DNA of 64,000 bases. It comes from Macrostomum lignano (lineage: Eukaryota). Below the pieces are notes generated by a model that was not told the DNA's origin, made no database searches, and saw only the letters and a list, made by a program, of their open reading frames with translations. Of the stretch, positions 58,701-64,000 are shown piece after piece. Location: positions 988,689 through 1,052,688 of the forward strand of contig NIVC01000033.1 of assembly GCA_002269645.1 (NCBI GenBank). Direction: 5' to 3'. Within the stretch, counting starts at the first letter, position 1. The number at the start of each line of letters is the position of its first letter. Both the position numbers and the translations under genes were made by a program.

Positions 58701-59690
58701 AGCTCGACCGTGAGTGGCGCGACGTCCAGTAGCGAGGCCGAGACTGCGAGCACTGCGTCTGCGTCTACTGTTTCCAATGCGGAACCGGAAGCCACAAGCG
58801 CCGCCAGTGTCGAGACGCCGAGCGTGAGTGTACCAGAAGCGACAGGCCCGACATTGAGCACGGAGTCGACACAGACAGTCGAGAGCTCGACCGTGAGTGG
58901 CGCGACGCCCAGCAGCGAGGCCGAGACTGCGAGCACTGCGTCTGCGTCTACTGTTTCCACTGCGGAATCGGAAGCCACAAGCGCCGCCAGTGTCGAGACG
59001 CCGAGCGTGAGTGTACCAGAAGCGACAGGCCCGACATTGAGCACGAAGTCGACACAGACAGTCGAGAGCTCGACCGTGAGTGGCGCGACGCCCAGCAGCG
59101 AGGCCGAGACTGCGAGCACTGCGTCTGCGTCTACTGTTTCCACTGCGGAACCGGAAGCCACAAGCGCCGCCAGTGTCGAGACGCCGAGCGTGAGTGTACC
59201 AGAAGCGACAGGCCCGACATTGAGCACGGAGTCGACACAGACAGTCGAGAGCTCGACCGTGAGTGGCGCGACGCCCAGCAGCGAGGCCGAGACTGCGAGC
59301 ACTGCGTCTGCGTCTACTGTTTCCACTGCGGAACCGGAAGCCACAAGCGCCGCCAGTGTCGAGACGCCGAGCGTGAGTGTACCAGAAGCGACAGGCCCGA
59401 CATTGAGCACGAAGTCGACACAGACAGTCGAGAGCTCGACCGTGAGTGGCGCGACGCCCAGCAGCGAGGCCGAGACTGCGAGCACTGCGTCTGCGTCAAC
59501 TGTTTCCACTGCGGAACCGGAAGCCACAAGCGCCGCCAGTGTCGAGACACCGAGTTTGAATGAGACTTCACAATCAGTAACTACGCCAGAAATAGAAACT
59601 GAGAGTTTTACAAGAGTCGGCCAAACTGCACCAAGTAAAGTCGGAGAGGAAAGTACCGTGGAAGAGCCGAAGTACAGCAGAAAGAGACTG
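55719..59690 (+). CDS. Mucin-like Ser/Thr/Ala/Glu/Pro repeat domain, about 20 x 61 aa; repeats continue with indels to the window end; exon start not resolved
   Basis: Long ORF of TQTVESSTVSGATPSSEAETASTASASTVSTAEPEATSAASVETPSVSVPEATGPTLSTES units. The commonest copy-to-copy variants (GTT/GTC, GCC/GCT, GTG/GTA) are synonymous in this frame. Confidence 0.7.
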
Positions 59691-62600
59691 CAGCACTGCG
59701 TCTGCGTCTACTGTTTCCACTGCGGAACCGGAAGCCACAAGCGCCGCCAGTGTCGAGACGCCGAGCGTGAGTGTACCAGAAGCGACAGGCCCGACATTGA
59801 GCACGGAGTCGACACAGACAGTCGAGAGCTCGACCGTAAGTGGCGCGACGCCCAGCAGCGAGGCCGAGACTGCGAGCACTGCGTCTGCGTCTACTGTTTC
59901 CACTGCGGAACCGGAAGCCACAAGCGCCGCCAGTGTCGAGACGCCGAGCGTGAGTGTACCAGAAGCGACAGGCCCGACATTGAGCACGGAGTCGACACAG
60001 ACAGTCGAGAGCTCGACCGTAAGTGGCGCGACGCCCAGCAGCGAGGCCGAGACTGCGAGCACTGCGTCTGCGTCTACTGTTTCCACTGCGGAACCGGAAG
60101 CCACAAGCGCCGCCAGTGTCGAGACGCCGAGCGTGAGTGTACCAGAAGCGACAGGCCCGACATTGAGCACGGAGTCGACACAGACAGTTGAGAGCTCGAC
60201 CGTGAGTGGCGCGACGCCCAGCAGCGAGGCCGAGACTGCGAGCACTGCGTCTGCGTCTACTGTTTCCACTGCGGAACCGGAAGCCACAAGCGCCGCCAGT
60301 GTCGAGACGCCGAGCGTGAGTGTACCAGAAGCGACAGGCCCGACATTGAGCACGGAGTCGACACAGACAGTGAGAGCTCGACCGTGAGTGGCGCGACGCC
60401 CAGCAGCGAGGCCGAGACTGCGAGCACTGCGTCTGCGTCTACTGTTTCCACTGCGGAACCGGAAGCCACAAGCGCCGCCAGTGTCGAGACGCCGAGCGTG
60501 AGTGTACCAGAAGCGACAGGCCCGACATTGAGCACGGAGTCGACACAGACAGGTGAGAGCTCAACCGTGAGTGGCGCGACGCCCAGCAGCGAGGCCAAGA
60601 CTGCGAGCACTGCGTCTGCGTCTACTGTTTCCACTGCGGAACCGGAACCCACAAGCGCCGCCAGTGTCGAGACGCCGAGCGTGAATGACTTCACAATCAG
60701 AACTACGCCAGAATAGAAACTGAGAGTTTTACAGAGTCGAAACTGCACAGTAAAGTCGAGAGGAGTACCGTGGCGAAGACCGAGCAGCAGAGAGACTGCC
60801 AGCACTGCGTCTGCGTCTACTGTTTCCACTGCGGAACGGAAGCCACAAGCGCCGCCAGTGTCGAGACGCCGAGCGTGAGTGTACCAGAAGCGACAGGCCC
60901 GACATTGAGCACGGAGTCGACACAGACAGTCGAGAGCTCGACCGTGAGTGGCGCGACGCCCAGCAGCGAGGCCGAGACTGCGAGCACTGCGTCTGCGTCT
61001 ACTGTTTCCACTGCGGAACCGGAAGCCACAAGCGCCGCCAGTGTCGAGACGCCGAGCGTGAGTGTACCAGAAGCGACAGGCCCGACATTGAGCACGGAGT
61101 CGACACAGACAGTTGAGAGCTCGACCGTGAGTGGCGCGACGCCCAGCAGCGAGGCCGAGACTGCGAGCACTGCGTCTGCGTCTACTGTTTCCACTGCGGA
61201 ACCGGAAGCCACAAGCGCCGCCAGTGTCGAGACGCCGAGCGTGAGTGTACCAGAAGCGACAGGCCCGACATTGAGCACGGAGTCGACACAGACAGTCGAG
61301 AGCTCGACCGTGAGTGGCGCGACGCCCAGCAGCGAGGCCGAGACTGCGAGCACTGCGTCTGCGTCTACTGTTTCCACTGCGGAACCGGAAGCCACAAGCG
61401 CCGCCAGTGTCGAGACCGAGGTGAATGAGCTTCACAATCAGTAACTACGCCAGAATAGAAACGAGAGTTTTACAGAGTCGCCAAACTGACAGTGAAGCTC
61501 GGAGAGGAGTACCCGAAGACGAGCAGCGGAGACTGCAGCACTGCGTCTGCGTCTACTGTTTCCACTGCGGAACCGGAAGCCACAAGCGCCGCCAGTGTCG
61601 AGACGCCGAGCGTGAGTGTACCAGAAGCGACAGGCCCGACATTGAGCACGGAGTCGACACAGACAGTCGAGAGCTCGACCGTGAGTGGCGCGACGCCCAG
61701 CAGCGAGGCCGAGACTGCGAGCACTGCGTCTGCGTCTACTGTTTCCACTGCGGAACCGGAAGCCACAAGCGCCGCCAGTGTCGAGACGCCGAGCGTGAGT
61801 GTACCAGAAGCGACAGGCCCGACATTGAGCACGGAGTCGACACAGACAGTCGAGAGCTCGACCGTGAGTGGCGCGACGCCAGCAGCGAGGCCGAGACTGC
61901 GAGCACTGCGTCTGCGTCTACTGTTTCCACTGCGGAACCGGAAGCCACAAGCGCCGCCAGTGTCGAGACGCCGAGCGTGAGTGTACCAGAAGCGACAGGC
62001 CCGACATTGAGCACGGCGTCGACACAGACAGTCGAGAGCTCGACCGTGAGTGGCGCGACGCCCAGCAGCGAGGCCGAGACTGCGAGCACTGCGTATGCGT
62101 CTACTGTTTCCACTGCGGAACCGGAAGCCACAAGCGCCGCCAGTGTCGAGACGCCGAGCGTGAGTGTACCAGAAGCGACAGGCCCGACATTGAGCACGAA
62201 GTCGACACAGACAGTCGAGAGCTCGACCGTGAGTGGCGCGACGCCCAGCAGCGAGGCCGAGACTGCGAGCACTGCGTCTGCGTCTACTGTTTCCACTGCG
62301 GAACCGGAAGCCACAAGCGCCGCCAGTGTCGAGACGCCGAGCGTGAGTGTACCAGAAGCGACAGGCCCGACATTGAGCACGGAGTCGACACAGACAGTCG
62401 AGAGCTCGACCGTGAGTGGCGCGACGCCCAGCAGCGAGGCCGAGACTGCGAGCACTGCGTCTGCGTCTACTGTTTCCACTGCGGAACCGGAAGCCACAAG
62501 CGCCGCCAGTGTCGAGACGCCGAGCGTGAGTGTACCAGAAGCGACAGGCCGACATTGAGCACGGAGTCGACACAGACAGTGAGAGCTCGACCGTGAGTGG

Positions 62601-64000
62601 CGCGACGCCCAGCAGCGAGGCCGAGACTGCGAGCACTGCGTCTGCGTCTACTGTTTCCACTGCGGAACCGGAAGCCACAAGCGCCGCCAGTGTCGAGACG
62701 CCGAGCGTGAGTGTACACAGAAGCGACAGGCCCGGACACGGAGCGGAGTCACGACAGTAGTGGAGAGAGCTCCCGTGAGCGCGAGCAGCGCGAGGCCGAG
62801 ACTGCAGCACTGCGTCTGCGTCTACTGTTTCCACTGCGGAACCGGAAGCCACAAGCGCCGCCAGTGTCGAGACGCCGAGCGTGAGTGTACAGAAGCGACA
62901 GGCCCGACATTGAGCACGGAGTCGACACAGACAGTGAGAGCTCGACGTGAGTGGCGCGACGCCCAGCAGCGAGGCCGAGACTGCGAGCACTGCGTCTGCG
63001 TCTACTGTTTCCACTGCGGAACCGGAAGCCACAAGCGCCGCCAGTGTCGAGACGCCGAGCGTGAGTGTACCAGAAGCGACAGGCCCGACATTGAGCACGG
63101 AGTCGACAACAGACAGTGAGAGCTCGACCGTGAGTGGCGCGACGCCCAGCAGCGAGGCCGAGACTGCGAGCACTGCGTCTGCGTCTACTGTTTCCACTGC
63201 GGAACCGGAAGCCACAAGCGCCGCCAGTGTCGAGACGCCGAGCGTGAGTGTACCAGAAGCGACAGGCCCGACATTGAGCACGGAGTCGACACAGACAGTG
63301 AGAGCTCGACCGTGAGTGGCGCGACGCCAGCAGCGAGGCCGAGACTGCGAGCACTGCGTCTGCGTCTACTGTTTCCACTGCGGAACCGGAAGCCACAAGC
63401 GCCGCCAGTGTCGAGACGCCGAGCGTGAGTGTACAGAAGCGACACCCGACATTGAGCACGAGTCAGTCGACACAGACAGTGAGAGCTCAACCGTGAGTGG
63501 CGCGACGCCCAGCAGCGAGGCCGAGACTGCGAGCACTGCGTCTGCGTCTACTGTTTCCACTGCGGAACGGAAGCCACAAGCGCCGCCAGTGTCGAGACGC
63601 CGAGCGTGAGTGTACCACCAGAAACGACGCCCGACATGACTGGAGTCAAGAGTCGAGACTCACCAGTAGAGTGGGAGAGGCCCGCAGGCGAGAGCCGGAG
63701 ACTGCGAGCACTGCGTCTGCGTCTACTGTTTCCACTGCGGAACCGGAAGCCACAAGCGCCGCCAGTGTCGAGACGCCGAGCGTGAGTGTACCAGAAGCGA
63801 CAGGCCCGACATTGAGCACGGAGTCGACACAGACAGTCGAGAGCTCGACCGTGAGTGGCGCGACGCCCAGCAGCGAGGCCGAGACTGCGAGCACTGCGTC
63901 TGCGTCTACTGTTTCCACTGCGGAACCGAAGCCACAAGCGCCCGCCAGTGTCGAGACGCCGGCGTGAGTGTACCAGAAGCGACAGGCCCGACATTGAGCA
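55941..64000 (+). repeat. 183-bp coding tandem repeat with periodic linker
   Basis: Period 183 bp (ACACAGACAG at 55941 and 56124); about 40 copies; linker variants near 59550, 60680 and 61415. Confidence 0.95.

Noticed and set aside
55778-59527. 1249-aa antisense Val/Ala/Leu-rich ORF
   Set aside because: Shadow of the 183-bp coding repeat. A unit without antisense stops is open at any copy number, and there is no independent start or splice context.

Overview
Eukaryotic, intron-rich animal DNA. GC-rich exons, minisatellite-filled introns and low-complexity proteins resemble the flatworm Macrostomum lignano (inference only). Main content: (1) A rootletin/CROCC gene on the minus strand. Eleven constitutive coding exons from 23319 down to 614 join in frame at GT-AG sites, and the gene runs off the left edge. 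It also has a duplicated VL.YKKK.SE exon pair and several candidate alternative first exons beside RFX X-boxes at 13-16 kb. (2) An AT-rich, CpG-poor spacer (about 27-34 kb) with a small CpG-retaining island, a long hairpin and a TIR-bounded element. (3) A complete five-exon MDM1-like gene on the plus strand (34203-38831), divergent from rootletin; its second intron is an array of about 30 CAG|GTGAG splice junctions. (4) A Ty3/gypsy LTR retrotransposon (40296-49189, CATG target-site duplication, tRNA-Lys PBS, gag/-1 frameshift/pro/pol) inserted in a 43-bp minisatellite. All but 43 bp of its 3' LTR is replaced by a 5'-truncated RTE-like LINE with an open RT ORF. (5) A probable secreted mucin-like gene with 183-bp/61-aa Ser/Thr repeats running off the right edge; the -1 frame of each repeat encodes a CCHC zinc knuckle. 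Homology calls rest on motifs recalled from memory, and no searches were run.
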